Notes under the pieces: generated by a model
Told to the model about the DNA's origin: nothing
Database searches by the model: none
The model's input: only the letters and a program-made list of their open reading frames with translations
Program-made: the position numbers and the translations under genes
Origin: Thermoplasmatota archaeon
GTDB lineage: Archaea; Thermoplasmatota; Penumbrarchaeia; JASLWR01
Assembly: GCA_030740765.1 (NCBI GenBank)
Contig: JASLWR010000011.1
Coordinates: 1,595 to 65,594 of the forward strand
Length of the DNA: 64,000 bases
Direction of reading: 5' to 3'
Shown here: in pieces, positions 36,660-46,293 of the stretch
How the letters are laid out: each line of letters begins with the position of its first letter
How positions within the stretch are numbered: position 1 is the stretch's first letter

Positions 36660-37487
36660 TCATGATCTCGTTCCACAATTATTACATGCTTGCTGGCCGT
36701 TTAGGAGAGGATATCCGCAGGTTCGGCACCGTTCGGCACTCCTTCCAGTCTGAAAACCAGGTGCGGTTTGCTGGTAACCCATCAGTGTTGAGAGGTACTG
36801 GTCCAATACTTGTGGGGCGAATCCCCCCGGGTAATTTGATCGGTTCCCATGGAGTACAACGTTGAAAGCATTTCCAGCCACAAAACCAGCGAGCTTTTCA
36901 TATTCGTCGAATATGTAATTGACGTCTTCTGCGGTAGCGCTCAGACATCTTCCACAATATTTGGTCTTCTTCTTGAAACCAGGTATTTTAACGCCGATGT
37001 TTCTCAACAATTCATGGAATCGAACGATATCTCTCATTACAAGAATATTCATCTTGGGATAAAGCTTGGAGGGATTGAGACCACATTTGGTGCAGGCGAT
37101 CCTCCGCCGATCCTTCTCAGCCTTGGGACCAAAATATTCCTTGACCGGGTCGCGCAGGGACAGGTTTTCAATCTCGTTAGATAGAGCTGTGATCTTTCCA
37201 AGAAGTGTTATGGATGAACCATAATACTGTTTTTCAATGTAATGGGATACTGTAATTTTCTTGGTATTATATTCCTTCGAAAACGCAGATAGAAGCGGGC
37301 CAAGGCAATCTCCCTCGGGGGTGTGAGGACCGATGCAACTTTTGCATTTGAGCGTCATTGTGGTGACGTCCTCATCCGAACCCATGTTATACTCGCAGGC
37401 GGTGGGTACCCGGTTTCCCCTCCCTTTGGCCCTTTTCCTTGATGCTTTTGGCTTCGACCTTTTAAGATTTTTTTTTGTCGCACCCAT
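36660..37487 (-). CDS. uncharacterised basic Cys-rich protein with a C-terminal zinc ribbon; first gene of the pilus-like operon
   Basis: Cys pairs KCKSCIGPHTPEGDC, CTKCG, CGRC, and terminal CRTCGYPLLNGQQACNNCG. The gene ends 24 nt upstream of the ATPase start. Start uncertain: ATG at 37487 or TTG at 37508. Confidence 0.6.
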   Translation of the reverse strand: MGATKKNLKRSKPKASRKRAKGRGNRVPTACEYNMGSDEDVTTMTLKCKSCIGPHTPEGDCLGPLLSAFSKEYNTKKITVSHYIEKQYYGSSITLLGKITALSNEIENLSLRDPVKEYFGPKAEKDRRRIACTKCGLNPSKLYPKMNILVMRDIVRFHELLRNIGVKIPGFKKKTKYCGRCLSATAEDVNYIFDEYEKLAGFVAGNAFNVVLHGNRSNYPGGFAPQVLDQYLSTLMGYQQTAPGFQTGRSAERCRTCGYPLLNGQQACNNCGTRS

Positions 37488-37740
37488 TTTGAGACCTGTC
37501 AACACCAATCATAACCTGAATATTTAACACTTTTGTTTTCCAAGTTTTGGGATAATATTGTCGATGTTACGAATTTTGCATTACCTCGATATATAATCAC
37601 CTATCCTGCAAAACGCTCGTTCTCTCCGACGGATTTTTCTACGTAAATGTGGCTCTACATTTTGTTACGTTTCAGAAAAATAACCTTTCCTGAAAATCTC
37701 TTCAGTCCAAATCCTATTCGAAAAAACCTCAAATTTCACC

Positions 37741-40251
37741 CTATTGCTTTAATGAACTTAAATCTCCATCGATATTTCCAGACGATTCTGGATTAGATGA
37801 AGATACCTGATCTTCACTTTCCGGGACTATTTCTGCCGATTCATCGAGATCCGGCGAAGATGAATCGTTCTCAGCGATACCCGGAGGAGTTTCCTCTTTA
37901 GGTGACTCTTCTACAGATTCGGTTGGTTCAATAATTTCATCCCCTTTACTTACTTGTTCTGCAGATACATAGTCCTGACATCCTTCACACCAGAAACATT
38001 CGTATTCCTGGTAGTATACGGAAAACTGGCCGCATTTTGGACATATTGGCGCAGTGACATCAGGACTAACAACTGGAGAATCCGACATATTTAATGTAGA
38101 TTGGTCCAATTCCTCTGTTTTTACTGTTACATCTGCAGGTTCATCTCGGATCGCAGCAGGTGTATCATCATCAGTGAAAGGTGCAGTAGAATCTTTCACC
38201 TCTTCTTCTGATACCGCTTCATCGTTCTTACTACTCCTACGGCTAAGAACGACTAAAAAACCTACGATCAGTATCACAATGAGTGCAATTAGAATTACTG
38301 CCCAAGTTGGGAAGGTGCTTGCTTTTTCAACTGGTGTATCATTAGGTATTATAACCGCTATGGGTTCTACTATCACATCGACCACATCAGTCCCAATATT
38401 TCCCATTGCATCCTCCACGGCGAGAGTGATCGTGTAATTTCCTGGAATTAAGAATGAAAAATTTATCGAGAATCCTGTAAGTTCTTTCTCAGTGTTATCG
38501 TATGTAAATGTCCAGGTATAGCTCATAATTCCTACATTATCCTTGCTTCCGGTCCCGTTCAGCACAACAGTATCTCCCTCATCGATTGTAATATCCTCAC
38601 CAGCTTTTACAACCGGAGGAGTGCTGTCTCTGACGGTCACATTGAGATGATCGGTATGCCAGTTTCCCGCTGAATCGGTGATATTTAATTTTATGTAGTA
38701 CGTACCGGGTTCATTGAACGTGTAGCTCGGGGCCAAGCTAGAAAAGTTTTGCGTGACATTGCCAAAGATGATCGTCCACGTGTAATTTACCACTAAAACG
38801 TTGTCATAGGAACCACTGCCATTGAAGTTTACCAATTGCCCTTGATCGATAACAAAGTCATCACCTGCTACTGCAACCGGAGGAGTGATATCCCGTACCG
38901 TAACGATGAAGTAATCGGTATCCGAGTTGCCTTCCCCGTCAAGTACGATTAATGTAATGTTGTATTCGTCGGCAGTATCCAATATGATCACAACTTCTCT
39001 GCCATACAATTTCAACTCATCCCCATCATAAAATAAGGACCAGGTATAGTTTATAATACCTACATTATCACTACTAAAAGTGCCATTGAATATTGCGTTT
39101 TCATGTTGATCAATGGTAATATCATCACCAGCGATTGCCATTGGATCGTCATTGTCAAAAACGGTATAATTTCGCGTCTCTGAAATTATGTAATTATCTG
39201 ATGTATCATTGATGAAGAACGAATATTCTAAGTAAGTCGCGTTGGTTGGGACCAAAATCGATAAGCTCCAGTTTTCTGAATCAGTGCTAAACATCGTTTG
39301 GTTAAAATCATTTTCGACATCAAAGGAGTACTGGATATAAACCGAATCGATCTTAACATTATCAAGTGCGGCGATAGAAAAAACGAACACCTCACCGGTA
39401 GTGGCAATACCGGTTGTCAGGTCCTCATCCAGCCAGGGTAGGTCATTGTCATGGATATCTTTCATGGATTTGTTTACTGCAAGACAATTCCCCGCATTAT
39501 CTTCAATATAGAAAACATAGGTCAAGTTGAATGCTTTAGCGGGAATATCAATGGTCTTGATCCAGAAACCTCCCTCGTTGTGCATGGAGACGTTGAAGGG
39601 ACTATCATCATCGAATTTATACCACACCGATACATTTGCTAATTCAATGTTATCACTGGCCGTCAGTGAAAAGGTATACGAATCACCGGTAGAAGGAATT
39701 TCAGCAGACAGGTCCTCTCCTAAAACCGGTTGGTCAATATCAGCAATACTGCTTCCTTCTATTGAGGTCTCATTACTGTTGTCAGACATATCCGTTGCTC
39801 TGAAATGATAAACGATATACGTAGTATCTGGGGGGATCATAATTGTAATTTCCCATGAAAGGATGTCCGTGTGGTTTGTGACCAAATAATTATAGTTATG
39901 ATCACCATAATCCACGTCAATCAATATGTAATTAAACCAGACTTCATTCAGACCGATATTATCACTGACATTGATGGAAAATACTGCCTGGTCGCCAGTG
40001 CTTAGCGGACTGTGCCACAAGGTTCCAAACATCATTTTGTCATTATCGATTACGATGTGGGAATTGTTGTCCGTTTTCCCCCAGTTATTAGCGGAATCAT
40101 TAGCCCAAAATCGATATTCCATATTCACCGCATTGAAAGGTAATACAATGGAAATTTCCCAGGAATTCTCTGTGATATTCGTTACAGTCCAGTTGTTATG
40201 TGATGTCCCATTTATCTTGAAATCGAACATTACCGTATGACTACATTTCAC
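37741..40251 (-). CDS. surface adhesin-like protein (TTGD Ig-like repeats, three PKD domains, TM, acidic cytoplasmic tail with zinc ribbon); no signal peptide, so probably 5'-truncated
   Basis: Repeats carry STGDSYTFSLTASDN and TTGEVFVFSIAALDN, like the 14684 gene. PKD signatures SSDNVGIINYTWSL, GSYDNVLVVNYTWTI, GSKDNVGIMSYTWTF. TM WAVILIALIVILIVGFLVVL followed by SRRSSKND. The tail has CPKCGQFSVYYQEYECFWCEGCQDYV (38043-37966). The N-terminus MKCSHTVMFDFKINGTSHNNW has no hydrophobic leader. Confidence 0.8.
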   Translation of the reverse strand: MKCSHTVMFDFKINGTSHNNWTVTNITENSWEISIVLPFNAVNMEYRFWANDSANNWGKTDNNSHIVIDNDKMMFGTLWHSPLSTGDQAVFSINVSDNIGLNEVWFNYILIDVDYGDHNYNYLVTNHTDILSWEITIMIPPDTTYIVYHFRATDMSDNSNETSIEGSSIADIDQPVLGEDLSAEIPSTGDSYTFSLTASDNIELANVSVWYKFDDDSPFNVSMHNEGGFWIKTIDIPAKAFNLTYVFYIEDNAGNCLAVNKSMKDIHDNDLPWLDEDLTTGIATTGEVFVFSIAALDNVKIDSVYIQYSFDVENDFNQTMFSTDSENWSLSILVPTNATYLEYSFFINDTSDNYIISETRNYTVFDNDDPMAIAGDDITIDQHENAIFNGTFSSDNVGIINYTWSLFYDGDELKLYGREVVIILDTADEYNITLIVLDGEGNSDTDYFIVTVRDITPPVAVAGDDFVIDQGQLVNFNGSGSYDNVLVVNYTWTIIFGNVTQNFSSLAPSYTFNEPGTYYIKLNITDSAGNWHTDHLNVTVRDSTPPVVKAGEDITIDEGDTVVLNGTGSKDNVGIMSYTWTFTYDNTEKELTGFSINFSFLIPGNYTITLAVEDAMGNIGTDVVDVIVEPIAVIIPNDTPVEKASTFPTWAVILIALIVILIVGFLVVLSRRSSKNDEAVSEEEVKDSTAPFTDDDTPAAIRDEPADVTVKTEELDQSTLNMSDSPVVSPDVTAPICPKCGQFSVYYQEYECFWCEGCQDYVSAEQVSKGDEIIEPTESVEESPKEETPPGIAENDSSSPDLDESAEIVPESEDQVSSSNPESSGNIDGDLSSLKQ

Positions 40252-41132
40252 TTTAATTTACACAACACGTATGGCATGGAAATGTGTAATCCTCGTTGAA
40301 TTCTCTCAGCCACCGATCTGGCCTCGTGATCCCCGCCGTTCCCGAAGCCAGAAGTGCTCAGAAAACGCATACCGCATCTCATCACGAGAAACATCGGTGT
40401 ACTCTTCATGAAATCTATTCACTTTAATCCCAATTTAGTGCTTTCCAGGAATTTTTCTTACGTTTCCCTCATTCCCTCTTCGAGAGGTTTCGACGATACC
40501 CGGATGCTTCCCACCGGGAGAATATCAAGGCTGTCACGAGGGTTTGGTATTCCACTCCACTTTGTGATTATTTCCTTATCGATCATGACACTCATGGGAC
40601 GTTCCTATGCCCGTTCATTCATGTTAATGAACAAAAATCCTTGACCAGTGGCCAATATATTCACTTTGATGAATTATAAGTCATAGGTCTGTTATAGGGA
40701 GGAGTTGTAAAAACTTTCTTTGAAACTTCATTCTGACATTCGCACGGGTTTCAGGATGTACCGTTCAAAAAAGTTGATATTGATGAATTACAACAAATGT
40801 TATGGAAAATCAACACTGGGTAGTTAGGTACATCTTGTTTTCTGATGATTTCAAAATAAGTTTCCAACTTGATTCTTGCTCAGTAATCATTCATTCACCT
40901 TGATAAAATTCTCCGTTTTGGCCATCTTCACCTTAAATTGAAACTCCAAACGTCAGCTAAACACGACTGGAAATTGCTGAGACAGAAAAAATCGGCAAGC
41001 AATATGGGACCAAAGCTTAAAAAAACAACCCATGATTCTTCCTCACGTTATGTATACCCAAAAAGTTATAACATAGTTTAGTTATATCTTCAATGTAATT
41101 ATAAAGTAGCTACATTATAGTTTGTGACCTAC

Positions 41133-41276
41133 ATGGACAACGATAAATCATCCAAATTCGAAGTATACGGACAGGAAATGATCGAAAAGACGGTCAAGCA
41201 AAGCGGCAACAGCGGCCGGATATACCTTCCGCCACACTGGATAGGAAAGAAAGTAAAGATAATCAGAGTCGAGTAA
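41133..41276 (+). CDS. small DUF2080-like protein (so-called putative transposon-encoded protein of methanogen-type archaea), 47 aa
   Basis: Below the ORF-track cutoff: MDNDKSSKFEVYGQEMIEKTVKQSGNSGRIYLPPHWIGKKVKIIRVE. The core (V/I)EK.VK..GNSGR(I/V)YLP..W.GKKVK(I/V) matches my recollection of DUF2080, an AbrB/SpoVT-like fold. Confidence 0.6.
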   Translation: MDNDKSSKFEVYGQEMIEKTVKQSGNSGRIYLPPHWIGKKVKIIRVE

Positions 41277-41287
41277 GGGGAGATATT

Positions 41288-41731
41288 ATGGGAATTATCA
41301 CAGTTAGGGAAATGAGACGTTCCGACATTGAGCAGGCCGCAGACATTCACCGGGAAATTCTGCGAAAGGGGAGGGTTGAGGGAAGGACATACGATATCGG
41401 AAAGCTTTTCGGCACTTTCCTCGAAAAAAGCCCCAACACCTGTTTTGTAGCAGAAAGGGACAAAATGGTTCTGGGATTTATTGTAGGAGCAATCAAGGAT
41501 TGGGGATTTGGACTCGAAAGGGCGGGCTGGATCGAGATGGTGGAAGTCGATCCAAAATACATGGGTCAGGGTGTCGGAAAGGAACTTGGCCGATCTTTGC
41601 TATCATCGTTCAAAAATGTTGGGATAACGGAAGTGTATACATCGGTAAGATGGGATAGCGGCGATCTGATCGAATTCTTCAAGTCCATCGGTTTTAAGAA
41701 GAGCAGTTTTATAAATCTCGTTTCGAAATGA
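41288..41731 (+). CDS. GNAT-family N-acetyltransferase
   Basis: Motif A region IEMVEVDPKYMGQGVGKELGRSLL (Q/RxxGxG/A). 147 aa. Confidence 0.85.
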   Translation: MGIITVREMRRSDIEQAADIHREILRKGRVEGRTYDIGKLFGTFLEKSPNTCFVAERDKMVLGFIVGAIKDWGFGLERAGWIEMVEVDPKYMGQGVGKELGRSLLSSFKNVGITEVYTSVRWDSGDLIEFFKSIGFKKSSFINLVSK

Positions 41732-41791
41732 TATTACGATTTATATATTTTCTAGATATAACGCAAAGGAAAAAACAGAGGAGTGGTAATT

Positions 41792-42940
41792 ATGATCGAA
41801 CAATTCAAGCAATGGTATGACAAACGGCACGTGTACGCAAGGGAGTGGAAAGAACGAAACGGCGGCAAGATTGTGGGTTTTTTCTGCACATACGCCCCTG
41901 AAGAGATATTTTACGCCTTTGATGTTCTTCCCGTACGGGTCTTGGGCAGTCACGAACCCCAGGATGTAACCGAACCCCATATATTCGGAATGTTCTGCCC
42001 ATTCTGCAGAGACGTACTGGCACAAGGGCTCAAGGGCAGGTACGATTATCTGGACGGGATAATGATCGCCCAATCCTGCCTGCATCTCAGGCAGGCATTC
42101 ACCAGCTGGGAGATACATAAAAATCCCGGTTGGAGCTATTTCCTGCCTATGCCAAACCACGTCCAGAGCAAAAGAGCCATACCTTTTCTGAAGGAAGAAT
42201 ACAAACTTCTTATTGAGAAACTGGAAGAACTGACGGGTAAAAAGATCACAGATGACGATCTGCGGAGGGGTATAAAGATAATGAACCGAGCTCGACAAGT
42301 CATGAAGGACATCTACGAGTTCAGAAAACGGGAGGCTCCACCGATTACCGGGGCCGAATCCATGTACATGACCTGTGCCCAGTTCTTCACCCATGCCACC
42401 GAGTTTGCGGAAGTGGCCGAGAAAGTGTTGGTAGAGCTGGAAACAAGGAAATTGGATCGTGATCCCGGCAAAAGGATAATGCTGGTTGGGAGCGAGAACG
42501 ATGATATCGAGTATATTAACATGATCGAACATCTGGGTGAACAGGAATCGGTGGGATGCACTTTGGTTGTGGAGGATCACTGCACAACCACAAGGTACTT
42601 CTGGGATCTCGTGGATGAATCAATTGACGATCCCCTTGATGCCATAGCAACGAGGTACGTGAACAGGACAGCATGCCCCACCAAGGACTGGCCACAGCGC
42701 ACCAGGCTAAAACGTATTCTGGAGCTCGCCAAGGATTTTAACGTTGACGGGGCCATCATCGTGCAACAGAAGTTCTGCGATCCCCACGAGACGGACATCC
42801 CATTCATAAGAAAATTCCTGGAGGAAAACGATATACCGACATATTTTCTTGAGTTCGACGTGACAGTACCTGCAGGACCCTTCGCCATAAGGACCGAAGC
42901 GTTCCTCGAGCAGCTTGGTATGGAGGACGATCTGTTTTAA
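41792..42940 (+). CDS. BcrC/BadD/HgdB-family subunit of an ATP-dependent reductase or dehydratase (benzoyl-CoA reductase gamma-like)
   Basis: The N-terminus KIVGFFCTYAPEEIFYAFDVLPVRV is typical of the family. The ATG at 41792 follows GAGGAG. About 382 aa, as for BcrC/BzdN-type subunits. Confidence 0.8.
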   Translation: MIEQFKQWYDKRHVYAREWKERNGGKIVGFFCTYAPEEIFYAFDVLPVRVLGSHEPQDVTEPHIFGMFCPFCRDVLAQGLKGRYDYLDGIMIAQSCLHLRQAFTSWEIHKNPGWSYFLPMPNHVQSKRAIPFLKEEYKLLIEKLEELTGKKITDDDLRRGIKIMNRARQVMKDIYEFRKREAPPITGAESMYMTCAQFFTHATEFAEVAEKVLVELETRKLDRDPGKRIMLVGSENDDIEYINMIEHLGEQESVGCTLVVEDHCTTTRYFWDLVDESIDDPLDAIATRYVNRTACPTKDWPQRTRLKRILELAKDFNVDGAIIVQQKFCDPHETDIPFIRKFLEENDIPTYFLEFDVTVPAGPFAIRTEAFLEQLGMEDDLF

Positions 42941-42952
42941 GAGGTGAGATGC

Positions 42953-44272
42953 ATGGCAAGATATCCAACAGAACCATTAAAGTGCTGGGCAAAGGCCAAA
43001 GAACTTAGAAACGAGTGGTACCGGGATTTCCAAGAAGCTCATGATAAGGGAGGATTACGCGTCATGGGGAGCGCCTGGGCATTCGATGCGGTCCCTTTGG
43101 GTCTGGGACGCGACGTGCACTGGGTCACAGGCGAGCCGTACGGAGCCTCATGTGCCTTCGACAAACCCCTCTCCGCAAAATTCCTGTCAGCGGCTGAGAA
43201 CTTCGGTTTCGCAAGGGACCTCTGTGCCTACATGAGGAATTACTGGGGTTCCATCATATGCGATAAGTACGCATTTGGCGGCGGGTTCCCAAAGGCGGAT
43301 TTCGCCTACTCCCAACACATTTGCTGTTCTCACGCAAAGTGGTACCAGAACGCCTGCGAGCTAGAGGGAGGCAACGTTCCGTTCTTCGGCATAGATGTCG
43401 GGGTCGGCCCTTGTCTACCCTTCGCTCCCAAACACTACCCCCACAGGATCAAGTACGTGGCGGATCAACTTCTGGACTCCATCGACTGGATGGAAAAGGT
43501 AACTGGAAGAGAATACAATGACGAGCTTTTTTTCGAGGCGGCATGGAACGATATTCGGTCAACACATACCTGGGCAAAGATCTGTATGCTGAACAGAAAT
43601 ATTCCCGCACCGCTGGATGAAAAGACCATCTATTCACTGTATGTTTTCGGAACCCTGCAAAAATCCAACGGGAAGTTCGCAGATTTCTACGAGAACGACC
43701 TTCTTCCGGAGGTGCAGGATCGTGTGGACCGCGGAATCGCAGCCGTACCCAACGAGCGGGTGAGGATAATGACGGATACACAGCCACCATGGGGTTTCTT
43801 GAGCATATACCGATATCTCGAGAAATGGGGGGTCGTATCAATCGGCTCGCTATATACTTTCGGCCTAGAGGGTATGTGGCTCTACGACAAGGAGCACAAT
43901 GATCTCATACCCCGCCCTCTGCCGGAGAAAAAACCGGAGACAAGGGAAGAAGCCTGTACCATGCTTGCAGACTGGCACTTGACAAAGCCGGAATACCAGC
44001 ATTATTACAGCCCAGAGTACAAGACCATGATGATGGATGCTATCGCTAAAAAATGGAAAGTGGATGCAATTACCCTGCATTACAACCGGGGTTGTGAGGG
44101 TCTCTCGGTGGGTATTGCCGAGAACAGGCTTGGACTCCTGAAGAGGGGCCACAAGGTGCTCACATACGAGGGAAATATGGGGGACGAGAGGGAATTCGAC
44201 AAGGAGGGAGTGAAGCGGAGGTTCGACATATTCATGGATGGCATGGGTCTTAAGAAACTGGAAGATGATTGA
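42953..44272 (+). CDS. BcrB/BadE/HgdA-family subunit (benzoyl-CoA reductase beta-like)
   Basis: Second, distinct member of the same superfamily, about 439 aa. The ATG at 42953 follows GAGGTGAG. Only a 3-12 nt gap separates it from the previous gene. Confidence 0.75.
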   Translation: MARYPTEPLKCWAKAKELRNEWYRDFQEAHDKGGLRVMGSAWAFDAVPLGLGRDVHWVTGEPYGASCAFDKPLSAKFLSAAENFGFARDLCAYMRNYWGSIICDKYAFGGGFPKADFAYSQHICCSHAKWYQNACELEGGNVPFFGIDVGVGPCLPFAPKHYPHRIKYVADQLLDSIDWMEKVTGREYNDELFFEAAWNDIRSTHTWAKICMLNRNIPAPLDEKTIYSLYVFGTLQKSNGKFADFYENDLLPEVQDRVDRGIAAVPNERVRIMTDTQPPWGFLSIYRYLEKWGVVSIGSLYTFGLEGMWLYDKEHNDLIPRPLPEKKPETREEACTMLADWHLTKPEYQHYYSPEYKTMMMDAIAKKWKVDAITLHYNRGCEGLSVGIAENRLGLLKRGHKVLTYEGNMGDEREFDKEGVKRRFDIFMDGMGLKKLEDD

Positions 44273-44282
44273 GGTGATAAAT

Positions 44283-45056
44283 ATGATAGTAGCAGGAATA
44301 GACTGTGGTGCCAAGAACACAAAAACGGTGATAATGAACGACAAAAAATTGCTTGGCAAGGGAATGGCGCTGACCGGTTTTGACCAAGACAAGGCCGTGG
44401 AGAAATCACTGGCGGATGCATTGGATGAAGCCGGTTTGAAAATAGACGATATCGAAGCCATCGGGAGTACCGGGGCTGGAATGGAAGACATAAAGGATGC
44501 AAAGGTGAAGGTAAACGAGATCAAAGCAATGGCCAAAGCTGCAAATTTCTTCTTTCCGAATGCAAGGACCGTGACCGATGTTGGCGCCGAGATGGGACGG
44601 GCCGCAAAGATTAATGAAGAAGGAAAAGTGGAGGATTTCGCCATTAACGAGAAGTGTGCTGCCGGCGCTGGGGCCTTCATTGAGGCCATGGCCCGGGCTC
44701 TCGAGGTTGACCTGGAAGAGATGGGACCAATGGCGAATACGTCTGAAATGGCAATACCGATGAATGCACAATGCGCAATTTTCGCTGAGTCCGAGGTGGT
44801 AGGGTTGATTCACGCCAAGACAAAGAAGAAGGACATAAGCAAAGCAATTCACGATGCCATGGCGTCGAGGATAGTCTCCATGATCCGAAAGATAGGGGTC
44901 AACAAGGACATTGTGATGATAGGTGGAGTGGGCCTGAACCCTGGATTTGTTGAATCTATGAGAAGGGAGCTTGACTTGGAAAAAATATTCATTCCCGAGG
45001 ACCCAGCGTACAGCTCTGCCATCGGAGCTGCTTTATTAACCCTGGAGGAGGCTTGA
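44283..45056 (+). CDS. BcrA/BcrD/BadF/BadG/HgdC-family ATPase subunit 1
   Basis: N-terminal ASKHA phosphate-1 motif MIVAGIDCGAKNTKTVIM. Cluster-bridging Cys motif INEKCAAGAGAFIEAMA. The ATG at 44283 follows GAGGTGA. Confidence 0.85.
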   Translation: MIVAGIDCGAKNTKTVIMNDKKLLGKGMALTGFDQDKAVEKSLADALDEAGLKIDDIEAIGSTGAGMEDIKDAKVKVNEIKAMAKAANFFFPNARTVTDVGAEMGRAAKINEEGKVEDFAINEKCAAGAGAFIEAMARALEVDLEEMGPMANTSEMAIPMNAQCAIFAESEVVGLIHAKTKKKDISKAIHDAMASRIVSMIRKIGVNKDIVMIGGVGLNPGFVESMRRELDLEKIFIPEDPAYSSAIGAALLTLEEA

Positions 45057-45058
45057 AA

Positions 45059-45946
45059 ATGACAGACGAAACGAAAAAAGAGGAATTCTGGCGGTGGACG
45101 GAGGCAAACTGGAAGAATCCCGATATGAAGTTGGAGGACTTAAAGATCATTACTGCCGGTATCGATGTTGGTTCGGTCAGTTCTCAAGCCGTGATCGTTG
45201 GCGACGGCCAGATATTCGCATACGGCAACATGAGAACCGGCTCGGACAGCCCGGAAAGTGCCAGAAACGCTCTGAACTATGCACTGAAGGACACCGGACT
45301 TCACGAGGACCGCATCGATTACTGCATTGGGACAGGTTACGGCAGGGTTAACGTCCCTATGGCCGATAGATCCATAACTGAGATCGCATGCCACGCCCGG
45401 GGCGCAAATTTCATTTACGGCCCGGAGGTCCGGACGGTTCTCGATGTAGGCGGCCAGGACTGCAAAGCCATCAGATGCGACGGCAGGGGAAAGGTGACGA
45501 ACTTCCTTATGAACGATAAATGCGCTGCCGGTACCGGGAGAGGCATGGAAGTGTTCGCAGACCTTCTTTCAGTACCCATCACCGAGGTCGGTGACAGGTC
45601 CTTCGACATCAAGGAAGAGCCGGCACCTGTGAGCAGCACTTGTGTTGTGTACGCCAAGACCGAGGCTACCGGGCTTCTGAGATCTGGATGGGAGGTTAAT
45701 GAGGTATTAGCGGCATATTGCTCCGCTATGGCAGAGAGGATTTATTCACTCATCGAGAGGATCGGCGTACAAGAAAAATTTGCAATTACCGGCGGAATGG
45801 CCAAGAACAAAGGTGTGATAAACCGTCTCATGAAGATCATGGGCCTGGAGGCCATGAAAACCCAGTGGGACACACAGATCGCCGGCGCTGCAGGAGCGGC
45901 GTTATTCGCACACACTCTCGTGGAAAGAGGGAAAGGTCGAAAATGA
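45059..45946 (+). CDS. BcrA/BcrD/BadF/BadG/HgdC-family ATPase subunit 2
   Basis: ITAGIDVGSVSSQAVIV and MNDKCAAGTGRGMEVFA. The ATG at 45059 lies 9 nt after GGAGGAGG. Clearly divergent from subunit 1, which implies a heterodimer. Confidence 0.85.
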   Translation: MTDETKKEEFWRWTEANWKNPDMKLEDLKIITAGIDVGSVSSQAVIVGDGQIFAYGNMRTGSDSPESARNALNYALKDTGLHEDRIDYCIGTGYGRVNVPMADRSITEIACHARGANFIYGPEVRTVLDVGGQDCKAIRCDGRGKVTNFLMNDKCAAGTGRGMEVFADLLSVPITEVGDRSFDIKEEPAPVSSTCVVYAKTEATGLLRSGWEVNEVLAAYCSAMAERIYSLIERIGVQEKFAITGGMAKNKGVINRLMKIMGLEAMKTQWDTQIAGAAGAALFAHTLVERGKGRK

Positions 45947-45959
45947 CAGGGGCAATAAT

Positions 45960-46241
45960 ATGAAAGCTAACTACGGTTATAAGGACGGTTCCGGCGATTT
46001 TTTCATCAGCATCGACACGGATAAATGCACGGGCTGCGGCTTGTGTGTGGAAGCCTGCCCCAATGGTGTGATGACCGTCGGAGAGGACGAGAACGATCCA
46101 TTTTCTGAAGATGAAGTGGCATCCGTGGACGAAACGGAGAGAAAGAAGATCAAGTATACCTGTGCTCCCTGCAAAGGTGAGGGGAAGACTGAACCTTGCA
46201 TAAAAGCCTGCGAGCCCGGAGCGATCAACCATTCATGGTAA
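45960..46241 (+). CDS. small ferredoxin (4Fe-4S type)
   Basis: CTGCGLCVEACP plus a second, atypical cluster motif CAPCKGEGKTEPCIKACEPGAI. 93 aa. Confidence 0.8.
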   Translation: MKANYGYKDGSGDFFISIDTDKCTGCGLCVEACPNGVMTVGEDENDPFSEDEVASVDETERKKIKYTCAPCKGEGKTEPCIKACEPGAINHSW

Positions 46242-46293
46242 ACGATTATTATTCGATCCTTACCTTCCCAATCCCCTGACAGAGGAATAAAAC

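Noticed and set aside
40354-40644. 96-aa plus-strand ORF upstream of the truncated adhesin
   Set aside because: It has no motif and no RBS, and it lies in AT-rich debris with broken frames on both strands.
40650-41130. Possible CRISPR or tRNA in AT-rich intergenic regions (also 19304-19755, 31000-31150, 57521-57653)
   Set aside because: No regularly spaced direct repeats were found, and no cloverleaf-compatible segments of 70-90 nt with a GTTC(A/G)A-type T-arm. Only a loose duplicated ttcacctt word occurs at about 40897-40935.
41741-44689. Long minus-strand ORFs (41741-42580, 279 aa; 43865-44689, 274 aa; others) inside the reductase cluster
   Set aside because: They lie opposite plus-strand genes that carry strong family motifs and SD-led starts. 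Their peptides are compositionally odd, so they are shadow ORFs.
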